Source: an uncultured Acidobacteriota bacterium (GTDB lineage Bacteria; Acidobacteriota; Thermoanaerobaculia; Gp7-AA8). From it: a DNA stretch of 64,000 nt. A program made the translations under genes and the position numbers. Below are positions 1 to 9,604 of the stretch, piece after piece (position 1 is the first letter of the stretch; each line of letters begins with the position of its first letter). The stretch covers positions 388,994 to 452,993 of the forward strand of contig CAVUKB010000005.1 of assembly GCA_963741955.1 (NCBI GenBank), in the 5' to 3' direction. The notes beneath the pieces were generated by a model. That model ran no database searches. It had not been told where the DNA came from and saw nothing but the letters and a program-made list of their open reading frames with translations.

Positions 1-144
1 GAACACCGGCATGGTGACGTAGTCCTCGACCGTCAGAGGGGCGGCGCCGAAGAGCGGCAGCGCGAGGAGGAGAAGCAGAGGCGAGAGACGAGAGGCGAGA
101 GACGAGAGGCGAGAGGGGAACCAGGTTCGGGTCGTGATGTTCAT
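1..144 (-). CDS. 5' fragment of a putative secreted protein; only the N-terminus is in the window and it continues past position 1
   Basis: The reverse complement of 1..144 starts with ATG (plus-strand cat at 142-144) and reads MNITTRTWFPSRLSSLASRLSPLLLLLLALPLFGAAPLTVEDYVTMPVF. It has a signal-peptide-like hydrophobic stretch. Part of it is coded by the simple repeats, so the call is weak. Confidence 0.3.
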   Translation of the reverse strand, partial: MNITTRTWFPSRLSSLASRLSPLLLLLALPLFGAAPLTVEDYVTMPVF

Positions 145-355
145 GCGCGGAAGTCTATCAAGAGAGGCGAGAGGCGAGAGGATTGTTCTCTCAGCAGGAT
201 CACGCCACTTGTCGGACCTGTCGGACCTGTCAGACCTGTCAGACCTGTCAGACCTGTCGGACGGTACGCCGAGTGCTCGCCTCTCGCCCCTCGCCTCTCG
301 CCCCTCGCCCCTCGCCTCTCGCCTCTCGCCCCTCGCCTCTCGCCCCTCGCCTCTC
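70..355. repeat. Composite simple-sequence repeat island: (GAGAGGC/GAGAGAC)n at 73-118, (GTCRGACCT)x6 at 210-262, and (CTCGCCYCTCGCC)n at 279-352
   Basis: Directly visible tandem hepta- and octamer repeats. The same two motif families recur at 18267-18435. Confidence 0.9.
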
Positions 356-863
356 ACAACACCCGGTGCACCACATCCATCATCGCCTTCACCATCCTTC
401 CGGTGAGGCCCCAGATCTCCAGATCTCCGTGCACGTAGAAATAGCTCGGGTATTTGCGGGCCTGGTATTCGACGTAGCGGATCTCCGGATTCGGAGGCGA
501 CAGGAGAACCGAGATCGGTACCTCGTACGTCTCGACGACTTCGCTCTCCTGCAGGACGTACTCGAGATCGGGTGGGATGATGCCGATGAAGGGCGCGACG
601 ATGAATCCCGTCCTTGCGTGGAGATCGTCCAGCCGCCCGATCAGACGGATCGCATCGCGAGGAATGCCGACCTCCTCTTCCGTCTCCCGCACCGCCGTCT
701 CTTCCAGCGTTTCGCCGGCCTCGGCGGCACCACCGGGAAATGCCACCTGCCCGCGGTGAAGAGCGAGCGACTCGGAGCGGCGCACGAAGAGAAGTGACCA
801 TCCGTCGCGCCGCGGGATCAGCGGAGCGACCACGCATGCGCGGCGGAGCTTTCCGACGCTCAT
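354..863 (-). CDS. NUDIX hydrolase (CoA pyrophosphatase-like)
   Basis: ORF 354..1376 (minus). The conserved part starts at an internal ATG (plus-strand cat 861-863) with MSVGKLRRACVVAPLIPRRDGW. It carries the Nudix box GGAAEAGETLEETAVRETEEEVGI. The upstream in-frame part overlaps the GT1 gene's 3' end and is not used. Confidence 0.7.
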   Translation of the reverse strand: MSVGKLRRACVVAPLIPRRDGWSLLFVRRSESLALHRGQVAFPGGAAEAGETLEETAVRETEEEVGIPRDAIRLIGRLDDLHARTGFIVAPFIGIIPPDLEYVLQESEVVETYEVPISVLLSPPNPEIRYVEYQARKYPSYFYVHGDLEIWGLTGRMVKAMMDVVHRVL

Positions 864-928
864 CTCGTCCGCGGGACGGGTTGCGAGGAGAGCCTCCAGA
901 CGCTCAGCGGTGTCGTCGTCGAAGCGGA

Positions 929-2467
929 TCACCGCGGGATCTCCAGTCGGGCGAATGGCGGGGCCGGCGCTGTCGGGATTCCTTCCAGCGCGTGCTCGAG
1001 CGTCAGCAGTTCGGCCTCGAGCGGGATCGAGAGCTCGAGCTCGGCAACCGAATCCGGCGCGAGGTCGCCCGGGAGGGCGATCCAACGGTCGAACAGCACG
1101 GTCTCTCCCGAAAGAGCCTTCAGAACCAATCTGTATCCCGGCTCTCCCCAGAGCGCGGAGCGCACCGACGCGTTCCCCTCGTTTCGCACCGAGATCCGCA
1201 CGACACGCCCGTCCAACCCCGCCACCGCTTCGATGAGATTCACTGCGATGTGCGGGAAGAGCGCCCAGCCACCGCCGGCCGGCCGGCTCCGTCCGACCGG
1301 ACCGTCCGTCGCGTCCCGGATGATCCGGGTGTAGTCGTCCACCGCCCGCTCGAGCGATGCGTTCAGTTCCACCCACTTCCGGCGTGCCGCCCGCGCCTCG
1401 TCCCGATCTTCATCGTCGAGCATGAACTCCACGAGCGACGGGATCTCTCCCTCACCGAAGGGAATCCTGCTCACCACGGCACGCGGGAGCTCACCGAACT
1501 GCGCGTAGTCGCTCACTGCCACCGGCTTGCCGGCAGCGAGAATCTTGATCAGAGGCCCCGACGTCTCTCCTGCGGTCGGATACCGGAGGTTCACGATCCG
1601 GTCGACCGCGGCGAGGCTCTCGACGAATTCGAGGTCGGACACGTAGCCGGTGACGTTCCACACGTCTGGTGCCAGGCCTGCAGAATGGGCGATCCTCTGG
1701 AGATCGATATTCGGCGAGGGCTCGCCGACGACCAGAAGCCGAAGGTTCGCGTCTTTCGCATGCGCCCGTGCGAACGCCTCGAATACCACCTCCGGCCGCT
1801 TGGCCGCAGTGACGAAGCCGAACATCCCGACCCACCGCTCGTCGTCGCGGGCCCCGAGGGCTCGCCGGACTTCCTCGCGACTCCTTCCCCCCTCCAGCGG
1901 GAGATGCGGGTGACCGATGACGTGAATCGGCGCTCGAACGCCGTACTCCTCGAGACGCTCCGCGGCCCAGCGATTGTGAACGATCACCGCCTGCGACGAC
2001 GCCGCGAGCTCGATCGACGAGGGGAAGAGGAAGTTCCCGAGCTCCTCGTGGATCCCCGCGACGCGCGACGCCGCCCACGCCCGTCCCGCCGCGCCGTGGT
2101 TCCGCTCGAGGATGTCCATGTACCCTTCCGCATCACCGCGTGCGAGAGTCATTTCGACGATCAGGTGCTGGAGCACGAAATCGTGGAGGACGACGATCGA
2201 TGGACGCGCGATCGCATACCGGTAGACGAATTCGTGGTACGGGTTGTTGCCCATCTGGCAGACGACCCGATCGAAGCCGCCGGGCTCGAACTCCTCGATC
2301 GGGATCACCCTCGCTGCGACCTCGTCGACCCTCGGCTGGTTCACCACGCAGGTCAGATCGAAGCGGGCTGCTAGCCCCGGCAGCAGCATCGCCGTGTAAT
2401 CGGCGATGCCGCTTCGCGCGGGAGGAAGCGGAGAGAGGAGCGCGAGGGAAAGCATCTGGAGATCCAT
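929..2467 (-). CDS. Glycosyltransferase family 1 (GT4-like)
   Basis: 512-aa ORF with a GT1 C-terminal domain (EPSPN...GYVSDLEFVESLAAVDRIVNLRYPTAGETSGPLIKILAAGKPVAVSD). Confidence 0.8.
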   Translation of the reverse strand: MDLQMLSLALLSPLPPARSGIADYTAMLLPGLAARFDLTCVVNQPRVDEVAARVIPIEEFEPGGFDRVVCQMGNNPYHEFVYRYAIARPSIVVLHDFVLQHLIVEMTLARGDAEGYMDILERNHGAAGRAWAASRVAGIHEELGNFLFPSSIELAASSQAVIVHNRWAAERLEEYGVRAPIHVIGHPHLPLEGGRSREEVRRALGARDDERWVGMFGFVTAAKRPEVVFEAFARAHAKDANLRLLVVGEPSPNIDLQRIAHSAGLAPDVWNVTGYVSDLEFVESLAAVDRIVNLRYPTAGETSGPLIKILAAGKPVAVSDYAQFGELPRAVVSRIPFGEGEIPSLVEFMLDDEDRDEARAARRKWVELNASLERAVDDYTRIIRDATDGPVGRSRPAGGGWALFPHIAVNLIEAVAGLDGRVVRISVRNEGNASVRSALWGEPGYRLVLKALSGETVLFDRWIALPGDLAPDSVAELELSIPLEAELLTLEHALEGIPTAPAPPFARLEIPR

Positions 2468-2540
2468 TATCTATGATCTGCCAAATCTGCTGTCCGGGAT
2501 CCGCGGTCCGGACCGCCCCCGTGGCATCAGAGACCAGAGC

Positions 2541-3651
2541 TCAGATGCCCTCCGCGCTTTTCTTCGCGTTGGTGGCGAGGTACGACTCGATCAGCGGATC
2601 GATGTCGCCGTCGAGGACGCGCTGGATGTCGCCGATCTCATAGCCGGTGCGGAGGTCCTTGACCATCTGGTACGGCTGGAGGACGTAGGACCGGATCTGG
2701 CTTCCGAACCCGATCTCCCGCTTCTCGCCTGCCAGCTTCGCGTGCTCGTCGTCACGCTTGTCGAGCTCGATCTGGTAGAGGCGCGCCTTGAGGATCTTCA
2801 TCGCCGTCTCGCGATTCCGTCCCTGACTCCGCTCGTTCTGGCAGGTGACCACGATGTTCGTTGGGAGATGGGTGATCCGTACCGCCGAATCGGTGACGTT
2901 GACGTGTTGGCCGCCGGCTCCCGATGAGCGGTAGGTATCGATCCGGAGATCCTTGTCCAGCACTTCGATCTCGATCTCCTCGTCGATGTCCGGATAGACG
3001 TAGACGGATGCGAAGGAGGTGTGTCTCCGCTTCGCCGCGTCGAACGGAGAGATCCGGACCAGCCGGTGCACTCCGTGCTCGGATTTCAGATACCCATACG
3101 CGTAGTCGCCGCGGACCATGAACGTCACGCTCTTGATCCCCGCTTCGTCGCCGGCCTGGTAGTCGACCATTTCGGTCGGGAAGCCGCGCCGTTCGCAGAA
3201 CCGGAGGTACATCCTGAGGAGCATGTCCGCCCAGTCCTGCGATTCCGTTCCCCCCGCGCCGGGGTGAATGGAGACGATCGCGTCCCGATCGTCGTGCGGA
3301 CCGGAAAGCTTCATGGTCATTTCGACCTGATCGACTTCCTGCTCCAGCTGGGAGACGAGGGATTCGATGTCGGCGGAAACGTCCTCCCCTTCCTTCTCCA
3401 GTTCGGCGAGAACGTCGACCTCTTCGGCTTTGGTCTCCAGCGACGTCGCCGTCTCCAGACGCTTTTCCACCAGGCGACGTTTGCGGTTCAGCTCCTGTGC
3501 ACGATTCTGGTCGTTCCAGAACCCTTCGCCCGACATTTCCTTCTCGATCTCGTCGATCGATCTCTGTGCGGCAACGGGGTCAAAGATAACCTCGAATCGC
3601 CTGGAGTCGCTCCCGAAGCTCTTCTACTTTCGCGGCTGTCTGTTCCTTCAT
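2541..3651 (-). CDS. prfB: Peptide chain release factor 2, translated with a programmed +1 ribosomal frameshift. Frame-0 codons run from 3651 down to 3583; reading resumes at 3581 and continues down to 2541; nucleotide 3582 is skipped.
   Basis: The frame-0 N-terminus is MKEQTAAKVEELRERLQAIRGYL and ends at an in-frame TGA inside the motif CTT TGA C. In the +1 frame it continues LDPVAAQRSIDEIEKEMSGEGFWNDQNRAQ... into the 331-aa ORF. That ORF has the RF2 signatures SPF (SPFDAAKRRHTSFASV) and GGQ (SSGAGGQHVN). Confidence 0.9.
3576..3600 (-). promoter_or_regulatory. RF2 autoregulatory +1 frameshift site: a Shine-Dalgarno-like GAGG, then UAU CUU UGA C
   Basis: Minus strand reads CGAGGTTATCTTTGACCCC, the same arrangement as the canonical E. 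coli prfB shift site (internal SD, CUU slippery codon, UGA followed by C). Confidence 0.85.
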
Positions 3652-5249
3652 CTGATGACCCTTCTCCGTACGACGGCCGCTGCAACAGCGAGGACGGCCG
3701 CGAGAATTGCAAACCAGTCGCCGAATCTGACGTAGGCGGTGAGACGGTGCCGCGGAGCGAAGGTTGCCATGATGGTTCCCTTCCTTCCGACCGGCAACTC
3801 CTGCACGATCTTTCCGGTCGGATCGACCACCGCCGAGATTCCGGACGTCGCCGCCCGCAGCAGGTAGCGGTTGTCTTCGATCGCGCGGAGTCGCGCGTTG
3901 TTCAGGTGCTGGCGCGGCGCCGCTGTCTCCCCAAACCACCCGTCGTTGGTGATGGTCACCAGGACGTCGGCACCGTTGCGGACCTGCTGCGCCGTGATCT
4001 GCGGGTAAACCACCTCGTAGCAGATCGCCGGACCATAGCTGAACTTCCCTTTGAGGGGACGGTCATTGCTTCCGAACTGGAAATTGCCGACCGCGTGAAC
4101 GAGCTTCCGTGCAAAGAAGAGCATCTTCCGGAGAGGCACGTACTCACCGAACGGCACCAGCCGGATCTTGTCGTAACGGCCCCTGGTCGTCCCCACCGTC
4201 ACGATGTAAGCCGAGTTCCAGAGCTTGTCCGGATCGCGCGGGTCTTCCGCGACCGACCCGAGGATCACATCGATTCCTTCCAGACGGGAGATCGATTCGA
4301 CGTAGTCCCGAAGCATCGGTGTGGTCATGTAGACCACCGGCACCGTGGACTCCGGCCAGATGATGACGTCGGGCTTCGGTTTCGCTTTCGCCGCGGCGTC
4401 CGTCATCTCGGTCATGGTCATGAAGATCGAGAGCGTCTGCCCCTCGTCCCACTTCATCGTCTCGGGAATGTTCGGCTGGAGCAGTGCCGCGGTGTAGGTC
4501 TTCTCGTCGAGAATGCGGAAGTTCTCCCGATCGATGAGAACGATACCGGTGGTCCACCAGAGAAGACCGAAGACGAGCAGTCCGCCGATCACCACGATCT
4601 TCTTACCACCAGGGGCGGAGACGAGAACTATCCAAGCCAGGAGCGTGGAGAAGAGAACGATCATCGCGCCGATGCCGTAGGGACCGAAGACCGGCGCGAC
4701 CTGGACGATCGGCCGGAGATCGACCGCGGCAGCGGCGATCAGATTCCACGGAAAACCGGTCAGAAGAAACGTCCGGCCGAACTCCACCGCCGCCCAGACG
4801 AACGGGATCACGAACCACCAGCGGATCGCTTCCCCGGGCCGGATCAGGTGCACGAAGAGTGTGAAAAGGCCGCCGTAGAGCCCCAGGACGATCGACATCG
4901 CAACGAACAGAGCCACTCCGGTCGGATACGGAAGGCCGCCGTACTTCGACATCACCGTGATCACCCAGGGAACGTTGATCAGCCAGGTGACGGTGTAGCC
5001 GGCGCTGCCGAGGAAAAAGGCCTCGAGCTTTCCACTCGCGGTCACCGCGGCGAGGATCAGCGGGACGAACGCGACGAAGATCAGCGGGGCGAGATTGTAG
5101 TCCGGAAAGCTGACCGCGATCAGCACGCCGCCGAGCATCGCCGAAAGAAACCGCACCCACCGTGCGGCGAGCCATCGGCGGACCATCGTGGTGGCCGGGC
5201 CGTCCGTGGAGAGCGAGGTCTGGGAATCGGTAGTCGTCAATGCCGTCAT
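3648..5249 (-). CDS. lnt: Apolipoprotein N-acyltransferase
   Basis: 533 aa with a polytopic N-terminal membrane domain and a C-terminal CN-hydrolase domain (PAICYEVVYPQ). Its stop overlaps the prfB ATG (ATGA). The start could instead be the internal MVRRW. Confidence 0.85.
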   Translation of the reverse strand: MTALTTTDSQTSLSTDGPATTMVRRWLAARWVRFLSAMLGGVLIAVSFPDYNLAPLIFVAFVPLILAAVTASGKLEAFFLGSAGYTVTWLINVPWVITVMSKYGGLPYPTGVALFVAMSIVLGLYGGLFTLFVHLIRPGEAIRWWFVIPFVWAAVEFGRTFLLTGFPWNLIAAAAVDLRPIVQVAPVFGPYGIGAMIVLFSTLLAWIVLVSAPGGKKIVVIGGLLVFGLLWWTTGIVLIDRENFRILDEKTYTAALLQPNIPETMKWDEGQTLSIFMTMTEMTDAAAKAKPKPDVIIWPESTVPVVYMTTPMLRDYVESISRLEGIDVILGSVAEDPRDPDKLWNSAYIVTVGTTRGRYDKIRLVPFGEYVPLRKMLFFARKLVHAVGNFQFGSNDRPLKGKFSYGPAICYEVVYPQITAQQVRNGADVLVTITNDGWFGETAAPRQHLNNARLRAIEDNRYLLRAATSGISAVVDPTGKIVQELPVGRKGTIMATFAPRHRLTAYVRFGDWFAILAAVLAVAAAVVRRRVIR

Positions 5250-5379
5250 AAACGCATCCGCGATCTGGAATCTCTCATCGTCGATCTCGGGAATCCGTCA
5301 CGGGGTGAGAAGTCCGGGGTGCGCAGTAGCAACTGAGAGGAACATACGTGGCGGCCGGAATGCGATCCGGCACAGCTGC

Positions 5380-5874
5380 TCACTTCTTGAAGAGATTTTC
5401 GAACGCTCTCCGTGCGTCGTCGGCGGAACGGATGTTTCCGCCATGGCCACCGTTGCCGCCGTTGCCGTTGGTTCCGGGCCCCTTGTCCGCGGTCAGATCA
5501 CGGATGATCTTCGGATCGAAGAGTCCGCACTGATTCGCTTTGTCCTTCGGTGCAACCCGGGCCGGGATGGTCGCCTTGCACTCCCACTGGGTGGAGGTGT
5601 CGAAAAACTTGCAGTTGGTGCAGGTGTGGAGGTCCGCGCCGCATTTGCACGCGAGGTCGGATTCGAGCTCTCCGGTCAGGATCTGCTTCTGGCCGCAACG
5701 ACTGCACTTGAAGACTTCCGGACCTGGCGCGCCGGCCGAACGCCCGCGTGGGGCACCTTCGATGCGCGTGCGAGGCGGCTCCGGACGGGGAGCCGAACCG
5801 CCGGACGAACCGCCCGCGGGCTTTTCGGTTCCGCTGTCCATGTATCCGCGGTGTCTGTATTTTCGATCGCTCAA
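5380..5874 (-). CDS. Hypothetical protein with Cys-rich zinc-ribbon-like motifs and Gly-rich tails
   Basis: 164 aa containing CSRCGQKQ...CKCG...CTNCKFF...QCG. Codon bias looks coding. No family assigned. Confidence 0.5.
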   Translation of the reverse strand: MSDRKYRHRGYMDSGTEKPAGGSSGGSAPRPEPPRTRIEGAPRGRSAGAPGPEVFKCSRCGQKQILTGELESDLACKCGADLHTCTNCKFFDTSTQWECKATIPARVAPKDKANQCGLFDPKIIRDLTADKGPGTNGNGGNGGHGGNIRSADDARRAFENLFKK

Positions 5875-5879
5875 GGGGT

Positions 5880-6020
5880 TACCTCAAATATGCAAAATAG
5901 AGCACGACTGCGATCACGACGATGACCAGCAGCGTGAAGAGCCTCAGCGCGAAACGCGCGACTCTGAAGGCGAACCATGCAAGGAAAATGATCAGAAAGA
6001 CCAGTACCAGCTTTTCCATC
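5880..6020 (-). CDS. Small (46 aa) hydrophobic membrane peptide
   Basis: It reads MEKLVLVFLIIFLAWFAFRVARFALRLFTLLVIVVIAVVLYFAYLR (two predicted TM helices). It is below the ORF-track length cutoff and sits upstream of the E2 gene. Confidence 0.3.
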
Positions 6021-6111
6021 AGGGACGCGCTTCAGTGTACCAGAGTCGGGGAGAAACGCCGGGAGAGCCGGTGGCGCATTTGCGGTCCCTCGCGTCTTCC
6101 GCACATGACCA

Positions 6112-7398
6112 TCAAAGCACGAGTCGTACCGGCTGTTCGAGATATTGCTTCAGAGTGCGCAAAAATTCCGCACCGGTCGCCCCGTCGATGACACGATGGT
6201 CGCACGACATCGTCATTTTCATCATCTCACGAACCACAACCCGCCGCTCGCGCACGACTGGCTTCGGTCCCGCCGCCCCCACGGCCAGGATGGCCGAATT
6301 CGGTGGATTGATGATCGCGGTGAACTCCTCGATCCCGAACATCCCCAGATTCGAGATGGTGAACGTGCTTCCCTGATATTCGTCCGGCCGCAACCTCCGG
6401 CTTCTCGCCCTTTCGGCCAGATCCCTCCCCACGGCGGAGATCTCCATCACGCTTTTCCCGTCCGTGTTGCGGATGACCGGCGTGATCAGCCCTTCCGGAG
6501 TCGCCACTGCGATCCCGACGTGGACGTCTCCGTGCTGATGGATCGCCTCCGGAGTAAAACTCGAATTCACCGCCGGATGCCGCAGCAGCGAGAGCGCAGC
6601 TGCCCGGACGACGTAATCGTTCACGCTGGTCTTCACCCCTTCGATCTCGTTGATCTGCGCCCGCAGCGACATCAGCTCCGTCACATCCGCCTCGACGGTC
6701 AGGAAGAAATGAGGAACGGGTCCGATCGATTCGACCAGACGCCGGGCGATCGTCCGGCGCATCGCGGAGAGGGGAATCTGCTTCTCTTCGAGCGAGGGTT
6801 GCGGCATCCGCTGCACCGGCGCTTTCGTCGCGGAAGGCGGTTGCGACTTCGACGCCGGGCCCGATTCGGCCGCACGGCTGACGTCCGACGCGACGACGCG
6901 CCCCGCCGGACCGCTTCCCTGGACCGAACCGATGTCGACACCGAGCTCGCGCGCCATCCGGCGAGCCAGCGGTGACGAGCGCACGAAGCCGCCCGGCGGC
7001 GGCTCCGGAATCACGGGAGGGGTCATTTCGGGCGGAGCACCCGCCTCTGCAGGCGCGGCCTGCGCCTCTCCCTTCGCGGCCGGTTCCCGCTCCGGGGCAA
7101 CGGGTTTCTGCGGCGCTTCCTTCGTGCTCCCCTTCGCCGCCTTCTTCTTCGGGGCTTCTTCCCCTGGTCGCTGCACTCGCGAGAGCACCGCGCCGACTTG
7201 AGCAGTCTCCCCTTCTGCCACTTCGATCTCGCCGAGAACGCCGTCGTCTTCGGCTTCGAGATCGAGGTTCACCTTGTCCGTCTCGATCTCCAGCAGGGGC
7301 TCGCCGCGTTTCACCGCGTCGCCCGGTTTCCTGTACCAACGGACGACCTTTCCTTCGGTCATCGCGTCGCCCATCTTCGGCATGATGATCTCGGACAT
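6112..7398 (-). CDS. Dihydrolipoamide acyltransferase (E2 of the pyruvate / 2-oxoacid dehydrogenase complex)
   Basis: 428 aa with an N-terminal lipoyl domain (IMPKMGDAMTEGKVVRWYRKPGD...EIETDKV), an Ala/Pro linker, a subunit-binding domain, and the catalytic signature DHRVIDGA. Confidence 0.9.
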   Translation of the reverse strand: MSEIIMPKMGDAMTEGKVVRWYRKPGDAVKRGEPLLEIETDKVNLDLEAEDDGVLGEIEVAEGETAQVGAVLSRVQRPGEEAPKKKAAKGSTKEAPQKPVAPEREPAAKGEAQAAPAEAGAPPEMTPPVIPEPPPGGFVRSSPLARRMARELGVDIGSVQGSGPAGRVVASDVSRAAESGPASKSQPPSATKAPVQRMPQPSLEEKQIPLSAMRRTIARRLVESIGPVPHFFLTVEADVTELMSLRAQINEIEGVKTSVNDYVVRAAALSLLRHPAVNSSFTPEAIHQHGDVHVGIAVATPEGLITPVIRNTDGKSVMEISAVGRDLAERARSRRLRPDEYQGSTFTISNLGMFGIEEFTAIINPPNSAILAVGAAGPKPVVRERRVVVREMMKMTMSCDHRVIDGATGAEFLRTLKQYLEQPVRLVL

Positions 7399-7441
7399 AG
7401 TTACTTCCCACCCTGCATCGATTCGACCGTTCCCGGTGCGT

Positions 7442-8428
7442 TCAGCCCCGGTACATCACGCCCCGCACAGCCCGGATCACGTCCTGCTCGTGCGGAACGG
7501 CGAGCAGCTCGAGGTTTCGCGCGTACGGCATCGGCACGTCCTCGCCGGTCACGCGGGCGACCGGCGCGTCGAGCTCGTCGAAGACCGTCTCGGATATGCT
7601 CGCGGCGATCTCCGCCGCCGCACCGAACGGCTTCCACTGCTCCTGGACCACCACTGCCCGATGCGTACGGCGTACCGACTGATAGACCGGGTCGAGGTCG
7701 AGCGGACGGAGCGTGCGGAGGTCGATCACCTCCGCTTCGATCCCATCTTCCGCCGCGAGCTTCTCCGCCGCTGCAAGCGAGAGCTGCAGCATTCTGCTGT
7801 ATGAGACGATCGTCACGTCGTCGCCCTCGCGCGCAATCCGCGATTTGCCGAACGGAACCAGAGCGTCGGGATCGTCCGGCACTTCGCCTTTGATTCCGTA
7901 CAGCGCCGCGTTCTCGAGGAAGATCACCGGATCCTTCCCCCGGATCGCGGTCTTGAGCATTCCCTTCACATCGGCCGGCGTTCCAGGCGCGACGACCTTC
8001 AGTCCCGGGAAGTGACCGTAGAACGACTCGAAGGACTGCGAGTGCTGCGCCGACAACTGAACACCTGCCCCCTGGGGGCCGCGGATCACGATCGGGACGT
8101 CGACCTGACCACCAGAGAAGTAGCGGATCTTCGCCGCGTGGTTCAGGATCTGGTCTGCGGCGACGATGGCGAAATTGAAGGTCATCATCTCCACGATCGG
8201 ATGAAGGCCCATCATCGCCATTCCGATCGCGGTTCCGACCATTCCGGCTTCTGCGATCGGAGTGTCGACCACGCGCCTGGGGCCGTACTTCTTCAGCAGA
8301 CCGGCGGTGATGCGGAACGTCCCTTCGTACACTCCGATGTCTTCGCCCAGGAGGAGCACCGAGCCGTCGCGGTCCATCTCCTCGACCAGCGCATCGTGAA
8401 TCGCGTCACGATAGGTGCGCTCAGCCAC
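7442..8428 (-). CDS. pdhB: Pyruvate dehydrogenase E1 component, beta subunit
   Basis: Transketolase-like beta subunit (AERTYRDAIHDALVEEMDRD...). A GTG start lies 8 nt after an AAGGAG Shine-Dalgarno and overlaps the pdhA stop (GTGGCTGA). The upstream in-frame extension of ORF 7442..8764 is rejected. Confidence 0.85.
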   Translation of the reverse strand: MAERTYRDAIHDALVEEMDRDGSVLLLGEDIGVYEGTFRITAGLLKKYGPRRVVDTPIAEAGMVGTAIGMAMMGLHPIVEMMTFNFAIVAADQILNHAAKIRYFSGGQVDVPIVIRGPQGAGVQLSAQHSQSFESFYGHFPGLKVVAPGTPADVKGMLKTAIRGKDPVIFLENAALYGIKGEVPDDPDALVPFGKSRIAREGDDVTIVSYSRMLQLSLAAAEKLAAEDGIEAEVIDLRTLRPLDLDPVYQSVRRTHRAVVVQEQWKPFGAAAEIAASISETVFDELDAPVARVTGEDVPMPYARNLELLAVPHEQDVIRAVRGVMYRG

Positions 8429-9473
8429 GCGGCATCTCCTTCCCCTCGTCGGAAGTGATGTCGGTGAAGAGCTCCGCGTCGTCGGGCTGAGGACTGTTCT
8501 CCGCGAACTCGAGAGCCTTCGCGGCATCCTCTCCCGCCCGTGCTTCCATGGCGGCGATGTCGTCGTCGGTGAGCCCGCAGATCTCCTTGAGGCGGTTCGA
8601 GAGGATGGTGATCGGATCGCGGTGGCGATGCTTCTCGACCTCTTCCTTCGTCCGGTACGGCTGGAGGATGTCCGCCGCTCCGTGACCCGAGAATCGATAG
8701 GTGATCGCTTCGATGCAGTAGGGCCGCCCCGTCTCGCGTACCTGCCGGACGACCCGGTCCGCAACTCCGCGGATGGCGAAAACGTCCTGCCCGTCCACCT
8801 TCTCCGAAGGGATCTCGTATGCGTTCATGCGAGCCGAGAGATCGGTCAGAGCGGAATGCCGTTCGATCGACGTACCCATCGCGTAGCCGTTGTTCTCGAT
8901 GATGTAGATCGCCGGGCACATCCCCTGTTTGCCCCAGAGGCCGGCCATGTTCAGCGCTTCGTGGAACGAGCCGATATTCATCGCACCATCGCCGAAGAAA
9001 CAGAGCGCGAGACGGTCGGTCTGCTGGTAGCGGAAGGCATAGGCCGCTCCGGTCGCAAGGGTCAGGTGTCCACCGACGATGCCGTAGCCGCCGTAAAACC
9101 CGTGCTCCGCGTCGAACAGGTGCATCGAGCCGCCCTTGCCGTGGGAGACGCCGGTCGCCTTGCCGAGCAGCTCGGCCATCACTGCGCCGGGGTCACTCCC
9201 GAGCATCAGGGCATGGGCGTGGTCGCGGTAGCCGGCGAAGACGGCGTCATCGGGGCGGATCGCGGTGAGGATCCCCGCTACGACCGCTTCCTGCCCGCTG
9301 TAGACGTGAAGATAGCCGCCGATCTTTCCCCGCCGGAATTGTCCCTCCGTCGTCTCTTCGAAGCGACGAATGAAGATCATTTTTCGCAGCAGCTCCGTCC
9401 ACTCCGGGGCGCACACTTCCTCCTCGACGGGTGTCTGCTTTTCCTTTTTTCGAGCCATCAGAGTTGTACTCAC
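8421..9473 (-). CDS. pdhA: Pyruvate dehydrogenase E1 component, alpha subunit (TPP-binding)
   Basis: 350 aa with a TPP-binding motif (GDGAMNIGSFHEALNMAG). The start may be at M6 (MARKKEKQ). Confidence 0.85.
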   Translation of the reverse strand: MSTTLMARKKEKQTPVEEEVCAPEWTELLRKMIFIRRFEETTEGQFRRGKIGGYLHVYSGQEAVVAGILTAIRPDDAVFAGYRDHAHALMLGSDPGAVMAELLGKATGVSHGKGGSMHLFDAEHGFYGGYGIVGGHLTLATGAAYAFRYQQTDRLALCFFGDGAMNIGSFHEALNMAGLWGKQGMCPAIYIIENNGYAMGTSIERHSALTDLSARMNAYEIPSEKVDGQDVFAIRGVADRVVRQVRETGRPYCIEAITYRFSGHGAADILQPYRTKEEVEKHRHRDPITILSNRLKEICGLTDDDIAAMEARAGEDAAKALEFAENSPQPDDAELFTDITSDEGKEMPRG

Positions 9474-9604
9474 TGCAATTCCTTCGCGCCTCCTCCTGCG
9501 AAGGCGGAACGCGAGATTCTAGTTGGAAACGCGAAAATATTACAGACCGGGGGCCTCCGTCTTCACACGCTTTGCAAAAACGTGACCCTTCGTTCCCCCA
9601 CTTC

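Noticed and set aside
354-1376. Long N-terminal extension of the NUDIX ORF (340 aa)
   Set aside because: The extension overlaps the 3' end of the GT1 gene and is Gly/Arg-rich. The conserved Nudix fold begins at the internal ATG at 863.
614-2374. 586-aa plus-strand ORF
   Set aside because: It is antisense to the well-supported GT1 gene and the NUDIX gene. The product is Arg/Pro-rich and low-complexity, typical of spurious ORFs in high-GC DNA.
3021-5336. 771-aa plus-strand ORF
   Set aside because: It is antisense to prfB and lnt. It has no domain-like features and a composition-driven reading frame.
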